From Octopus vulgaris (Eukaryota), in assembly GCA_951406725.2 (NCBI GenBank), contig OX597825.1:60264001-60328000 (forward strand): a stretch of 64,000 nucleotides of DNA, in the 5' to 3' direction. Of the stretch, positions 27,338-41,639 are shown piece after piece. The notes beneath the pieces are model-generated. The model was not told where the DNA came from and made no database searches. It saw only the letters and a list, made by a program, of their open reading frames with translations. Position 1 is the first letter of the stretch. Each line of letters starts with the position of its first letter. Position numbers and translations under genes: made by a program.

Positions 27338-27441
27338 GTCCAACAGCTGTTTCTGGGAGCTGGTAGTTGTGGTTCATCACAATATGTTGCCGTAATGGAT
27401 ACACTCAACATTGAATAAGACGAGCCTCCTTCACCAGGGTC
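27338..27441 (-). ncRNA. Degenerate type I hammerhead motif
   Basis: Minus strand: gacc-CTGGTGA (A6>G)-aggaggc...gctccca-GAAACAGCTGTT-ggac, with palindromic stem III ACAGCTGT. Confidence 0.5.
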
Positions 27442-27739
27442 GACAAAATCTTACAATTCAGATCATAATGCATAGAAGGTCAATAATGGGATGATTAAAT
27501 GAGGAGAGTTAGTTGTATAAGAAGGAGTAATATGAAGGTTGGTGGTGTTATGAGGGGTGTATTGAGGCGGGGAATGCTGAGAGGAGAAAAGATAGTTCAG
27601 GAAGCGTGAGAGTATTAAGGGAGATGGCTGTATAAGTGGAGATTTGGGAGATGAAAAGTAGGGGTATAATAGAAAGTATTTGAGTGGCAGTGAGTTGTAT
27701 TTAGGTGTCAAAGTTTAGAGATAATAACTATAGAATTTA

Positions 27740-27896
27740 TTTACGTTATTTACATTTGACGGATATTTGTCCTCATCTTGTTTGTTGTTAGCAAAACGTT
27801 TCAGCTGTTATACCCTCTAGCATTCACCAGGTGTCTTGAGGAAATTTCGAACCTCAGTTCTCATTCCTAAGGTATTTTTCGATTATTATTATTATT
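27740..27896 (-). mobile_element. Short PLE-like remnant with degenerate minimal hammerhead (27792-27834)
   Basis: Minus strand: acac-CTGGTGA-atgctag...cagct-GAAACGTT. Abuts (ATT)n. Confidence 0.45.
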
Positions 27897-28550
<654 letters not shown>

Positions 28551-28551
28551 C

Positions 28552-28685
28552 TATTCAGGTCACTGCTAGGAATCGAACTCGGAATCTTGAGGTTTGTAGC
28601 TCACACTGGTTGGCATATGTCGTAGTGGTTAAGAGCGCGGGCTACTAATCCCATGATTCCAAATTCGATTCCAAGCAGTGACCCG

Positions 28686-28688
<3 letters not shown>
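28552..28688. mobile_element. Head-to-head pair of short tRNA-like retro-copies with outward trinucleotide tails
   Basis: 28612-28688 (+) has gtcgtagtggttaag...ttcgattcc; 28552-28605 is an inverted, 5'-truncated copy. Confidence 0.7.
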
Positions 28689-28717
<29 letters not shown>

Positions 28718-28730
28718 CAACAACAACAAC

Positions 28731-28791
<61 letters not shown>

Positions 28792-28805
28792 TTGTTGTTG
28801 TTGTT
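28687..28805. repeat. (AAT)/(AAC)/(GTT) microsatellite
   Basis: Directly visible. Confidence 0.97.
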
Positions 28806-29089
28806 AGCCGCGGAGGCACCTCATGTTAAGTGATAGAATGAGTTTTATGTTTGGATAGTTATTTGTGTATCTACTCTGTTAAAATTTGTTAAGTCTTGGT
28901 TTGTATGTTTGTATGAAAGTATTTTCTTTGTCCGTGCTTCATCATTGTTAGTTACTGAACAAAGGCAGCGTGGAAAGACATGGTATTTAGGGGACTTATT
29001 TTTTGCACAGATGCATAAGTATCCACTCAGTGGGATATGTCTTATACTGAGTATCGTATTTGTTGCTGGTGAATGGTCATTCTAAAGCT

Positions 29090-30030
29090 TACTATAAGAA
29101 ATAGACAGACCATTCGCTAAATTTTCTTCCCTAACGTTACGATATCAATTTCTTTCTACTAGAGAGGTTGCTGTTCAGTCCCTTATATTTTCTGGTGTAA
29201 ATTATGATTCTCCAGAGCATGTGGGGTTTGTCCATGATTTTGTCTATAAAGTTCCATAACAAATAAGATAAAGATGTGGTATGTATCTTGTTCTTATTTA
29301 TAAACAAAGTGAAGTATGGTATGTAACTTCCTATGAAGAAATTTCCAGCTATTGTAGTGTAAGTTCTTATGGTCCCATCATACATGTTATTGATGTTTGC
29401 GTTGTAAACCACAAATTTCTGCAAGGCATACCGTGTTTCGAGAACAGTTATCGCGGTATCTACACTTAGGCGATTTATGAAGGGATCTAATAATGATACT
29501 AACAGTATTATTGAATATCATCCATCCTATAATTTGTGTTTGGGAAGTGGAGATCTATAAGCTTTAGAAATCAACCAGATATATTTGTAGCAATGTTCAT
29601 GTTATAAGAATGATTTTACCTCAATATATTTCTACTGCGGCGTTCTAAATTTGATTTGATATGTTATATTGTTTTTAAAATTGGATCTTTCTTATACCGT
29701 GAACTGGTATGGGTAGCCTTTTTGAAAGTTGTTTCATCAGAGGACAGGTCGGAAACACGCCTATAATGCAGGTAACTAATTGTTTAATTATTGATGGTGG
29801 ATGACTAGAGCCACATTCGATGTAGAGTTCATCATTAATGGAAATATTTACATTTGCCTGTGCTAAGATTCATATTCCTATCGAAGGAATTAATTCCTTC
29901 AAGATTTTGAGTTGAAATAATTTTATAATATTTCTCAACTTATTCATATCTTTATTCATTCTTATTATGTACTGCTCATAGACCGACTTTCCTCTATAGC
30001 CCAATGTTGGCGGATTATATTTTAGTATTA
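29090..30030 (-). pseudogene. Decayed Penelope-like retrotransposon ORF (RT C-terminal/thumb, Cys linker, GIY-YIG endonuclease)
   Basis: Minus-strand pieces: NIGLYR (YRDD region); NDELYIECGSSHPPSIIKQL; VSDLSSDETTFKKA; NIATNI..FLKLIDLHFP; CRYRDNC; ORF 29137-29424 VVYNANI..RTY..TTSLSYLLW..WRII. These are collinear with PLE ORFs. Confidence 0.85.
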
Positions 30031-30042
30031 AGGTAGGACAGG

Positions 30043-30240
30043 ATGGTGAGTTGGCAGAATCGCTAAAGCGTTGAGAAAAATGCTCAGTGTCTTTAAGCTT
30101 TCAATTCAAATTCCAACGAGATCGACCTAGCTTTTCAGACATTTGCAGTCGATAAAATAAGTACCTGTTGAATAATGGAGTCGATGTAATCAACTTACAC
30201 CTTCCCTGGAATTGCTGGCCGACAGCCAAATTTTGAAATC
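30043..30240 (+). mobile_element. Decayed SINE family A
   Basis: ggtgagttggcagaatcg...caaattccaacgagatcgac...gtcgataaaataagtacc. Confidence 0.7.
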
Positions 30241-30399
30241 GTTAATAAGGTATAGTGTAGAAGACAACCAAATCGATCCCAATTATAGCACTAGCTTTGG
30301 AACAGCCCTCATAAACCATATAAATATAAATTTTCTGAACATGATGTATCAGTGAAATCAACATATGTATTTCTCTTACTCTCTCTCTCTCTCTCTCGC

Positions 30400-30476
30400 T
30401 CGCTCGGTATAAATACATATGTATAAATAAATATACTTATAGGCATATCTGTATATATACATTTATATATAAATAA

Positions 30477-30518
<42 letters not shown>

Positions 30519-30719
30519 GTAGTGTTATATAAGGTGTGTACATACATATGTTTTTGCATATATGCATATATATATATATGTATGTATATGTATTTACATA
30601 TGTATGTATATACGTATGTTTATGCATATATATATATGTGTATATATATATATTTACATAATATATATATATATATATATTTAGACTTATATGTGTATAT
30701 ATACATAATACATGCATAC

Positions 30720-30784
<65 letters not shown>

Positions 30785-31159
30785 CAGATGTATATGTATG
30801 TATACTTGTGCGGGGCTGTATGCTGGTATTTGCCTGTTTGTGTATTTATTTTATGTGTGACCCCCCAATGTATATGTTTCGGAATCCTATTTCTATTTGA
30901 TATGTTTAGTCTAATAAAAGATGAAAGGGTATTTATTAGCATTGATTTAGTGAAGTCAATCATCAATATATTGATATTAGTATTTTTAAAATATTCTTAA
31001 CTTCATATTAAAAACTGTCTTTGATCAGCAGGACAGATTAACAAAATATTTAAATATTGAAACAAACTACACGTATTTAGATAAACATATATACCGCTAT
31101 ATAAAAAAAAGAAACATACAAACAAAATCAGTCTTACAGTCACACATACATGCATTTAT

Positions 31160-31236
<77 letters not shown>

Positions 31237-31725
31237 TATATATATATATACATAAATATATATATAAAAATATTAACATGTACGTATGTATGTGTCACCT
31301 GTATATATAAGATTTATTTGTGTATTTATATATACTTATATATATATATATATATATACATATATATACATATACATACATACACATATATACACACATA
31401 AATGCAAACAAAAAACAAAAAACAAAAATACGAGCACATGCATGCACAGACGCAAACATTAATACATATCGATTCATACTATTTACCTACATATGTACCT
31501 TCATACATACATATATACTCACATATATACATACATGCATACATATATACATATATACATACACACACACATACATACATACATACATACACACATACAT
31601 ACACACATACGTATACACATACATACACATACATACATACACGCATACATACACACATACATACACACATACATACATACAGGCACACATACACACATAC
31701 GTAAATACATACATGCACACACACT
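30400..31725. repeat. Low-complexity TA/CATA/CA microsatellite fields
   Basis: Directly visible; they generate the YI/HT/MYV repeat ORFs. Confidence 0.9.
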
Positions 31726-32617
31726 TTTAACCACACGGCGATGCATACCTCTATATTTAATATATTATCTTTTTGAACTCCTATTCAGTTTCTTTGAAAT
31801 TAAATATATCTGCTGATGTAGTTAGATGCTTCAGAAACATTAAAATGACTAATTTAATCTTATAACTTGTTTCTATTACTATATCTTCCGATGTTTTCGT
31901 TTGAAATCTCTTTCACTTGCCGTAGCTGACTGTTTTTTTCTTCTTTTTTACTATAACTCTAACGAAATTATTATTCGTTAGCGTGAACCAAGACCTGAAC
32001 AAGATCTATGATAAAAGACATTCCAGTTTTGAGGGTCTCGTCTCTTTTATGAAGCACCCGGTGGCGTATTTATAGAGTTCCCTTTCCCCCTCTTCTTCCC
32101 CTCTGTCTTTCTGCTAATTTTTCACTCTCTCTCTCCCTCCCTCTCTCTCTCTCCTTTCTCTCTTCATGTGTGTCATCCCTGTATTGCATATAGGAATGGT
32201 TGTGGAAATCTGTTTTAAGATTCATGATTATTCTTACGAAAATATATCATTGTTTTTTATGTTACATTCTGCCGGTCTATTAAATGTTTACTCCCTACAC
32301 TCTGGTTCGCAGGTTTTTAGCTAATCTCTGCTCGGCAAAACATTATAGACGCAGAAAATTTGATATTTACGGTTTGCATGTGAGAGAAAGTCTGTTAGCC
32401 GACTCTGAACGATAGGTTTGTTAGTTGTAGCTGATAAAGCGTTACAACGACGGCAGAGGTGACCTACAGAGTGTACACCGACTGCCATACAGCAACTCGG
32501 TGTCTTTGCACAAACTTTGCCTATCATAATAATTTCTCTTCCGAGTAAGATACCACAGCAGCTACCTTTCCACATTTGAGTGTACGTGAAAATATTAATA
32601 TTAATATAAACAGCAAT

Positions 32618-33395
32618 GTGGCGAGCTGGCAGGAACGTTAGCACGCTAGTGGAAATGCGTTAGCGGTATTTCGTCTGTCTTTATGTTCTGAGTTCAAATT
32701 CTGCCGAGCTTGACTATGCCTTTCGGGATCGATAAATTAACTACTGGTGCCGATCTTCTCCAAAATTTCGGGCCTTGTGCCTAGGGTAGAAAAGAATATC
32801 AATGCACATGGTGGCATTTCTTCCATCTCTACGTCCTGAGTTCAAATTCCGCCGAGGTTGACATTACATTTCATCGTTTCAGGGTCAATAATATTCTTTT
32901 CTAATCTAGACAAAATGCCTGTAATTTTTGAGGGGAGGAGCAGTCGATTAGATCGACCCCAGTACGCTACTAGTACTTAATTTAATAATACCGAAAGGAT
33001 GAAAGGTGAATTCGACTTTGGTGGAATTTGAACTCAGAACATAAAGACAGACGAAATACCGCTAAGCTTTTCGCCTGCGTGCTAATGTTTCTTATTTCTT
33101 TACTGCCCACATGGGGCTACACACAGAGGGGACAAACAAGGTCAGACAAATGGATTAAGTCGACTACATCGACCTCAGTGCGTAACTGGTACTTAATTTA
33201 TCGACCCCGACAGGATGAAAGGCAAAGTCAACCTCGACGGAATTTGAACTCAGAACGTAACCGCAGACGAAATACGGCTACGCATTTCGCCCGGCGTGCT
33301 AAAGCTTTTGCCAGCTCGCCGCCTTCGGGGTCAATAATCGACTCATCGTATATCCTGAAACTGCTGGCCTTGTGCCTGAATTTGAAATTAATATC
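32618..33395. mobile_element. Nested SINE family A cluster: plus copy, plus copy interrupted by a minus-strand dimer (32893-33323)
   Basis: TSD ttc(a/g)gggtcaataat at 32878-32892 and 33324-33338 flanks the inverted dimer. Confidence 0.8.
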
Positions 33396-33565
33396 AATGC
33401 ATCTCAGCGATATTTAATCGATAAAGTGAGTGTCTTTAATCAATTCAATTTTTGTATTTTATCGAGTACTAGCTAAACTGCATCAAACGAGAAATATTCT
33501 ACCAACAGCGAAAATGCAATTTATACTCGTATGCATATGATCAATAGGATGCCCACTAAATACGT

Positions 33566-33905
33566 TTGTTTCAGTCATTAGACAAGGGTGGTGCTGGAAC
33601 ACTGTCTTGATGAATTTATTAGTCAAACGAATCGCCCCCAGTACTTACTTTTAAGCCTTATTTTGTCCGTTGTTTTGTCGAACCGCTTGCTGGCGGAGAC
33701 GTAAACACACAAGAGTACACACACACACGCACACACGCACACATCACAAGCTTCTCTCAAATTCCGTCAACAAAATTCATTTACAAGGCTTAGGCCCGTC
33801 CGAAATTGTATAGTACAAGAAACTTCCCCAAGGTACCTGCAGTAAGACCGAACCCTGCATCAAATGGTTGGGAAGCAAGTTTCTTATCACACAGTCATAT
33901 CTACA
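33566..33905 (-). mobile_element. Decayed SINE family B
   Basis: ttgtttcagtcatt...gctggaacac...gaaccgct...cccaagg...ggttgggaagcaag. Confidence 0.7.
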
Positions 33906-34180
33906 CCTCATTAGAGGTTACTTTTCATTTTACACACTTTTTACACGTTTTATAATATGAGCAAAAGCAGAATTTCCCTGCAGATATATGGTAAAAGGAA
34001 TTAACAGTGATTTTGAACTGCCAGCGGGATATTCTTAGTTATCAACTAAATATGAATAAACCCTTAATTTAGGGGAGTTCCTTTACTTTGCGATACGAGA
34101 ATAGTAACCGCCCCTAAGGCATGCCATATACATATCGTGTGTTTAAGTAAGTTGAGTAACGGTTACATACAAACGCACAC

Positions 34181-34221
<41 letters not shown>

Positions 34222-34277
34222 AGAATAATACACGTTTGCTCACAAATTATATATACAGGTGTATCTGTCTGTCATGT

Positions 34278-34291
34278 ATCTATCAATCTAC

Positions 34292-34380
<89 letters not shown>

Positions 34381-34400
34381 ACTCTCTCCGTCTATCTATC
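34278..34400. repeat. (CTAT)n microsatellite
   Basis: Directly visible. Confidence 0.95.
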
Positions 34401-34583
34401 TATGTAGCTATCTTCTTTTAAAAATGTGTGTGTGTTTATGTGTGTGTCTGTGCTTGTGTGTGTTTATACAGATATATAGAAATAAAGAGGGAGAGAGAGA
34501 GAGAAAGTGAGGGAGACGGACACAGACGTAGTTAGACAGACATGCACGGATGTGTATATAAATAAATAAATATATATACACAC

Positions 34584-34656
<73 letters not shown>

Positions 34657-35539
34657 GAAAGAGAGAGAGGAAGAAAAACAGAGAGAGAGAGAGGTAGAGA
34701 GAGAAATGGAGAGAAGGCGACGAGGGCATACTGTTAGTCGCTCACATACTTTGGGTTAAATTAGCAAGTACGTGAATGTTCTATATCTGCAATTTCAATG
34801 TTAACGTAATTGCCTTAAAAATAGAAACTATCAAAATGCTATCGGTCTTAGCTATTGACATTGAAGTGCATCTGTTATTTCTTTCATTGACGAACAATTA
34901 AATGCCCGGATTGGTAAGCTTATTTAATCTCAGTTTAAAAGTCGATATCCTGCTTTCTTTTTTATTTTAAATCAGCAATGCAAAAATATATACCCGAAAA
35001 ATATCTTACTGGTTAAGCATTTAAAATAATATTTTCTTTTTTTTTTTTGGTTTGTTGTTGTTCCTGTTGTCATGTAGCCAAAAATAAATCTCTTTCGTGT
35101 AAACTTATGATTGATCAAATGTTCTTTGCTATAAGTATCCCAAATAGAATTACATTATCGATTAAAAGTTAAGCTGGTAATATAAGAGTTTATTATTTTG
35201 TTTTGGTGGGGGGAATTGGCTGCTATATCGTGCATTGAGGCTCACTGGTTGGTATGGATTTTGGTCTGTGCAATTCCATGCCATATCTGTATTTCCTTTT
35301 AGGCTATCATTATTTTAGGCAGCAAATTGGCAGAATCGTTTGATAATAGGTAAAAGCTTTGGGATGTAAAACTACAGTCTTTAACATTCCAAGTTCAAAT
35401 CCTGCTGCGGTCATCTTAGCCCTTCATCCTTTCCTGAACGATGAAATAAATTCCTAGTTAAGTACTTCGGTTTCTCTCATTGAAAGTTGCGCTCCCTACT
35501 AAATTTTGACCTTGTACCTATGTATTATTAGTTAGCCTC

Positions 35540-36180
35540 CTTAATCTTCTGTCAGTAGTTGACATTTCCCTGTACTCATCGAACGCAGGCGGAGATTTTG
35601 GCACAGGCCGATCGCAGCTCACGTTGAAATGCTTTTGAAGTAATGGACAAGTATTTTCTCTGAAGGATTCTGTATACTGGAGCAGTGAATGCTTTTCAAA
35701 TTAGGGGCTAAACGTCTGACTTTTTCTCAGTAAAAGTTGTGAAATCAATGGAAAAGTGTGTTTTGGCGCTTGCGATATCTGGGCAGGAGGGTCAGGTTCG
35801 GGTCTTCGGGTCTCTGGTCCTCGCTGCCTTGCTGGATTGATTCTGTATTGATGCAGAATTTCAGTACTGAGGTCCCTAGGGGCCGCGTGATCTTCTTTGA
35901 TATCTTTACAGGATCATGTATTCGACGAACGACAATATCAGAAGCATCCTGTTACCTGCATGATTCAGGAGTATCAATCCAGACGGTTTGTTCATGTTGC
36001 TCGATTGTCCGTATCGTGATCTCTTCTCTGATGATACGGCTGGAGTAATGTCCATTTGTTACATGGTCACTGCGGATAAAGATGTAACTTGCAGATGTGG
36101 GAACATGTTGGGAAATTTTCTCCGGAAAGTCCCGAGCAAACAACATGCAGTCATAATTGCAACGTTCTGACAACGTTACC
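35540..36180 (-). pseudogene. Possible decayed R4/Dong-like non-LTR ORF fragment, upstream of RT
   Basis: Minus-strand LPRYRKRQNTLFH and NPSEKILVHYFKSI resemble R4-clade pre-RT motifs; GC content is raised. Confidence 0.4.
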
Positions 36181-37240
36181 TAATCTGACATGGCATTAAT
36201 CTTCTGTAGATAAAAAAGATCATCAACAACATATACTAATTGAATTAGCAGATACATTTCTTCAGCCACTATTTCCAACTTGCCTCAGAGTAGGCTTATT
36301 TGCCAAAAAAGTCTCTATATCAGTTTGTGATGTTATGCTTTTCGCTGAATTTAGTTTCTCACTTCACACAGGAACCTTCTCTGCAATAGAAGTCTACATA
36401 ATTTAACTTCACCGAGATTCACAAACAATAATGTGGCTAAATGATTTTGTTATTCAACCCGTATTTATGCTTCTCACTTTATTCCATTTTTAGGTTTCAC
36501 TGATTCGTGCTTAACTAACTCTAAAAGTGCCCTTCGAAACGCAAGCATGTATTTCTGATGATGTCATCATTGCAAGAGAGCTGCAATACAATCTTGTTTT
36601 GGCGTGGGGTATGTTTTGTGTACGTGTTATTCAGATTGTGTCGTCACGTGCGGTGTCATTTCTGTCATTTCTTTTCTGAAGGTACATACTGAGTGCTGAA
36701 GCAATGGATTCATGAAATAGTACTGATTTCAAGAGGGCACGTCAAAAGCTCCTTATAAAATTATTTACCATCAATGAATTCCAGATATCAATGATGGCTT
36801 CAGAGCAAAATGCTTGAGTAAAAGTTTATAAAAAGCAAATCGCAAATACCAGTAGCTAATAAAGTATAAGTATTGCCCAATCGTTATATCATACTTGAAT
36901 TGTTCATTAGTGTGATAAGCAGACATTGATGATTTTAACAATTGATGTAGATATAATTTAGTACGTGGTTTGCCGCAGTAATTTGTCGAATTTGCACCAC
37001 ATATAATTTGTGACTTTAATGATGACCCTACAATGCACAAATGTTTGGAGGGATCGCTTAAATTATAAGACGAATCTCTAAGAAAAAAGTATTTATTTAG
37101 ATCTTTCTTTATTTTGTTACGACATGGTGACCATAACCCGAATTTTCACAACCAACAATGATAGGGTGTACGCAAAACAACAACACATCATGAAGTTCTT
37201 TTAAAATATTATTAACAAAAATAAAATATATACAGTTTAG

Positions 37241-37498
37241 AAATTTAGATTCAGAAATTTGGTTTCATAACCTTGATTTCATAAATTTGAATTCGTAAAT
37301 TTGCTAACATAAATTTGTTTTCAAAAATATTGTTCCATAAATTTGGATTTCGAAATTTGGTTTCATAAATTTGGATTCCGAAATTTAGTTTCCGAACTTT
37401 TGACCTAAACATGTAATGTCTAATAAATCTAATGTAAAAACAACCATTTGACCTAAACATCTAATGTCAAATAAATCTAATGTCAAAACCACCATTTA
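37241..37498. repeat. ~12 x 14-bp degenerate tandem repeat followed by a 49-bp duplication
   Basis: Units gaaatttggtttca / taaatttggattcc at 37241-37408; ttgacctaaacat..aatgtc..ataaatctaatgt occurs twice. Confidence 0.8.
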
Positions 37499-40400
37499 AA
37501 CTAAAAACTCATGACACAAAACGGCTGCCAGACTACATTAAAAATTATAGTTGAAAAATAAATAGTAAAAAAATCTAGTTTGCTTTAAGTTCACACAAAA
37601 CTGCTTCATACAAGCATGCTGAGTAACCATTAGACAAAATTTACAGTTTAGTTCTCTAATACGAAAATTGGCAACATGAAAAATTAAATTCATACACCTT
37701 CTAGCCGTTTATACAAATTTTTCAACATTTATCTTAACAGAAAATAGCTCGCAAAATTACTACACAACCTGCCACAGATGCAGGGTTAAAAAATGCCCAT
37801 AACTATTACAATAACATAACTTAGATTTTTGTACTCATCCAGATGTGACACAGAAATTATTTAAATCTGACAAGCAAAAGTTCTGGCGAATTTCTGGAGC
37901 ATAAAATAAATCCATAAATGCCTAACACAAAGCACAAATTGCATAAACTAAACAGGCAATCATAGCTTCCAGAATCCAATTGAACAACCTTGTCTCACAG
38001 AAACAACTTTAACTGTAACAAAAACTGAGCGTACAATTATTTCTACTTATAAAGGTTTGCTATGGTCTAGCCAATTTGTTAGAGTTTCACAGTTTGGCTA
38101 TTAACACCTAACTTCCCCCATTTTGACAATGGTCTTCATCATCACCTTTCAGTGCAGCATGCAGTTCCCTGTTAAAATTATACGATAAGCCTTTTTATCG
38201 TTTTTATAATTTCCTAACAATTTGTTCATTTCAATGCCTATCCGAAACTTCAGTGTCGCTTATACTCAGCCAGTAAAAAATTATGACAGTGTTGCCCATT
38301 AAAATTTTCAGCCTATTCAAAATCGTTTTCTAGTTCTAGTACCACTTAGCTATTAAATCAAACACGGTGTTCACTGATCTTGTAGTTAACGCTTAATTGA
38401 ATAATCTACAGACGTTGCTGGTCCAGATCTCGCGATTGATGAAACACACACCAAATATAGAACACACACACTTTCTGCTTGGTTAATCTGAATAAGTTCT
38501 GTTAAAGTTTTATTATTATTCGATTCATAGTACGTGCCAAAAATGATTTTTTTGAAATGATGGCAGAGCATTATCCTCCATCCTTACGAAATACGTCTTT
38601 GAATGATTTTCTTCTACAACCCGTATGATTTTCTTCTACAACAAAACTTTTACCAGTTTTAGTCAGTTGACTGCGGCTATATCACGGCTCTGACTATTAA
38701 AATTATAGCCGGTCTTTATATGATTTTAGTCTGGTATTTAATGTTTATAATGTTTGTTGAACTGGGAACAAAAACAAACACGAATAAGAGACATAAGCAG
38801 ACACAAACGGGCTGTCACAAATGTGCCGCCACTCTCTCTTTCTCTCATACACACTCACGCACAGAAACACAAATATACACACAGAGGATTAGCTTCCTTA
38901 CAGCTTAGGTCTTCTATTTTCTCTCTGCCATAAACCAATGCGCTTTTGGAAATCATTACGTATTGATCTAACCAAAGGGTTATAATAAAAGGCAATTGTC
39001 TGGATCCAGCCTGAAAATATATGGCTGTAAATGAACTACTATACAACACAAGTATTGCTCTAGTAAACCACACATTCACTGTGAATTGGAGAAAATTGTT
39101 TGTATTAGGCTTTCGGAAAATAATAACCGCTCTAAGTGTTGTGTTTTGAAACGCAATTTTATCATAGTATTTTAATCATATTTCAGGTGAATTTCGACAT
39201 ACTTAATAATTAATGCATGCTCTTCAATAACTTTGTACTTATTTCAGACAAAAAACTTAATAATATCACAACAAATATTTTTTTCTGTTTCCTTTAAGTG
39301 ACAGCTTAATGTAGCACAATATAAATTAAAAGAAAATCATAATAAATATTGATGTATCTCACATATGTGTTGACTATATGAACCAAATTAAGAAATTACT
39401 TACAGATTTACATATCTATAAGCCTCTGACTGTTCCCACAATTGTTTATTTTTTTGGCCAGTTGTAAAAGCAAATGAAAAAGTGGATCTCGAAGCACATA
39501 AAACTATATATAGCAGCGTGTACATATGTGAAGGAAAATAACTTTGGGTAGAAAAGTTGGGACAGCCTTCTACTTTTCCTATCCAAAAGATTTTCTAATC
39601 AAGATTTATATGCTCAGCCACATTGGCACGAACACACTGCCCAGCCTTTCTATTGCCTCTACCAAAGTCATGCAAAAGTCGTAAAGCAAAAATTACTGTT
39701 GCAGTTATGTTGATAGCTTTATGCGCTTTGAGATCCACCATACCAAAAAAAAAAAAGAAAAGAAAAAAGGATATTTCTCGTTCTCTCAAAGTTTTATATA
39801 TTCATATAACTAAAGCAAGTTTCAACTTTAATCTCCCACCTACTAACTCTACTGAATGAAGAAAAGGATGGTTCAGAATGTGTTGGCATATCTTTCTGCT
39901 TAAAATGCTAAAGTTATTTCTAAAATATACATTAAAATCATTACCTTAATAGAAAATATTGGTTTCAATAAAAGCTATTTAGTGTTAATCTTTTCATTAT
40001 CTAAGAAAATATCGCTTTATTATTTGACAAGCAGGGCGTCTCTTAAATTGTTAGTGTTTCAGTCTGGAATATTTGGACAAATGCTGCTGCCAAAAACAGA
40101 ATTATGGCTGTTGTAAATTCAGCAGTCAACTGCAATAACTAGTGAATACTTTGGCAGGTAAGTCAGCATGTAATTAATCATTTGACTGGAAGCAAGCGAC
40201 TTTTACGTCTCTCGCTGCTAAGATTTCAATTTGAATCTTAATATCATATCTCGTTTGTTGCAGACAAAATATAATGTTTTCCCCTGCAGCATTATTCAAA
40301 CAAACACAGTCGTCTCTCTTTCCATTTAAAGCAATACAGTTAGGAGAGAGGTTATCATCATTTGGTGTCAGAATTGACAAGAAATGCCTTTAGAAACAGA

Positions 40401-40602
40401 TGTCATTCATTAGTTTTGTATTTTCTTTAAAATTAAGAAAAAAAGTGCCAGTGATAGACATAAATTAAACGCAATCATATATTTAGAACTGTGTATATAT
40501 ATATTTGTGTTCGTATATATAGGTTTATATGTATGTATATATATTATATATTTATATATATACATGTAAATACATGCATATGTGTACATGCACACATACA
40601 CG

Positions 40603-40657
<55 letters not shown>

Positions 40658-40661
40658 ATAA

Positions 40662-40716
<55 letters not shown>

Positions 40717-41529
40717 CACATACTCCAATAAGTGAAGAAAAAGCACTATGAATATTTTAGAATTCATAGAATTCGTGTGTACGTTGTGCGTACAAATATA
40801 TCTATATATTTCTATCTATATCCACACATGCACACAGAGAGGAAAATAACCCGTTTATTACACTGGTGCACACCTTCGAATTTCTCTTACTGGACGTTTC
40901 ATTTTGATGCTCATTTTTGAATGTGATAACTATTATTTATAGTCCCGTGTATTGTTTATAATGGTTTATATCAGACATCGTTCACCAATGAAGCTCGCAT
41001 TTCATTCTCGTTGAAATTTGTGATACAGGAGAGTTTGATTTGGTCCCACAGAAACAGAGTACTTTTCATTAAGTAGAGATTGATATGATGATAAAATATG
41101 ATATACTTGACAACTTTTCCACTGCCTTTGAGATGTTTGTGAAGATAGCACATAATCATTAGAAAGAGTTAAACATTCTATCCAACTTGTGAATGTAAAA
41201 CAGTGTAGCATGCTCTCTGAAATAGAGAGGGAAAGAGAGAAAGAGAGAAAGAGAGATAAAGAGGGGAAGAGACGGAGCGTGTGTTAAAGTAAGTAAAAGA
41301 GAAGTGAGTGGAGGAAATAGCGGCTAGCTTTGGATCTCAACGTTTCAATTTATACAAAAGTACACAGTCATAACCAATGCCTCATTGGGTTTTTAAAGCA
41401 TCCGCTGTTGAGTATTCACTTGGCATTTATTTCTAGATGTTAGAGCGGATGGTAGGGCTGTAAATGAGTTTTTGGACAAGTTTTAGTGTGGACAGTGTCA
41501 ATTAACATTAAATTGCGGTTGGAATACAC

Positions 41530-41566
<37 letters not shown>

Positions 41567-41576
41567 CACACGCACC

Positions 41577-41639
<63 letters not shown>

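Noticed and set aside
36230-37050. Possible MULE/FLYWCH transposase remnant
   Set aside because: No motif could be read with confidence.
40063-40163. Exon-like segment with ttcag acceptor and CAG|GTAAGT donor
   Set aside because: Stops in all three frames and no other support.
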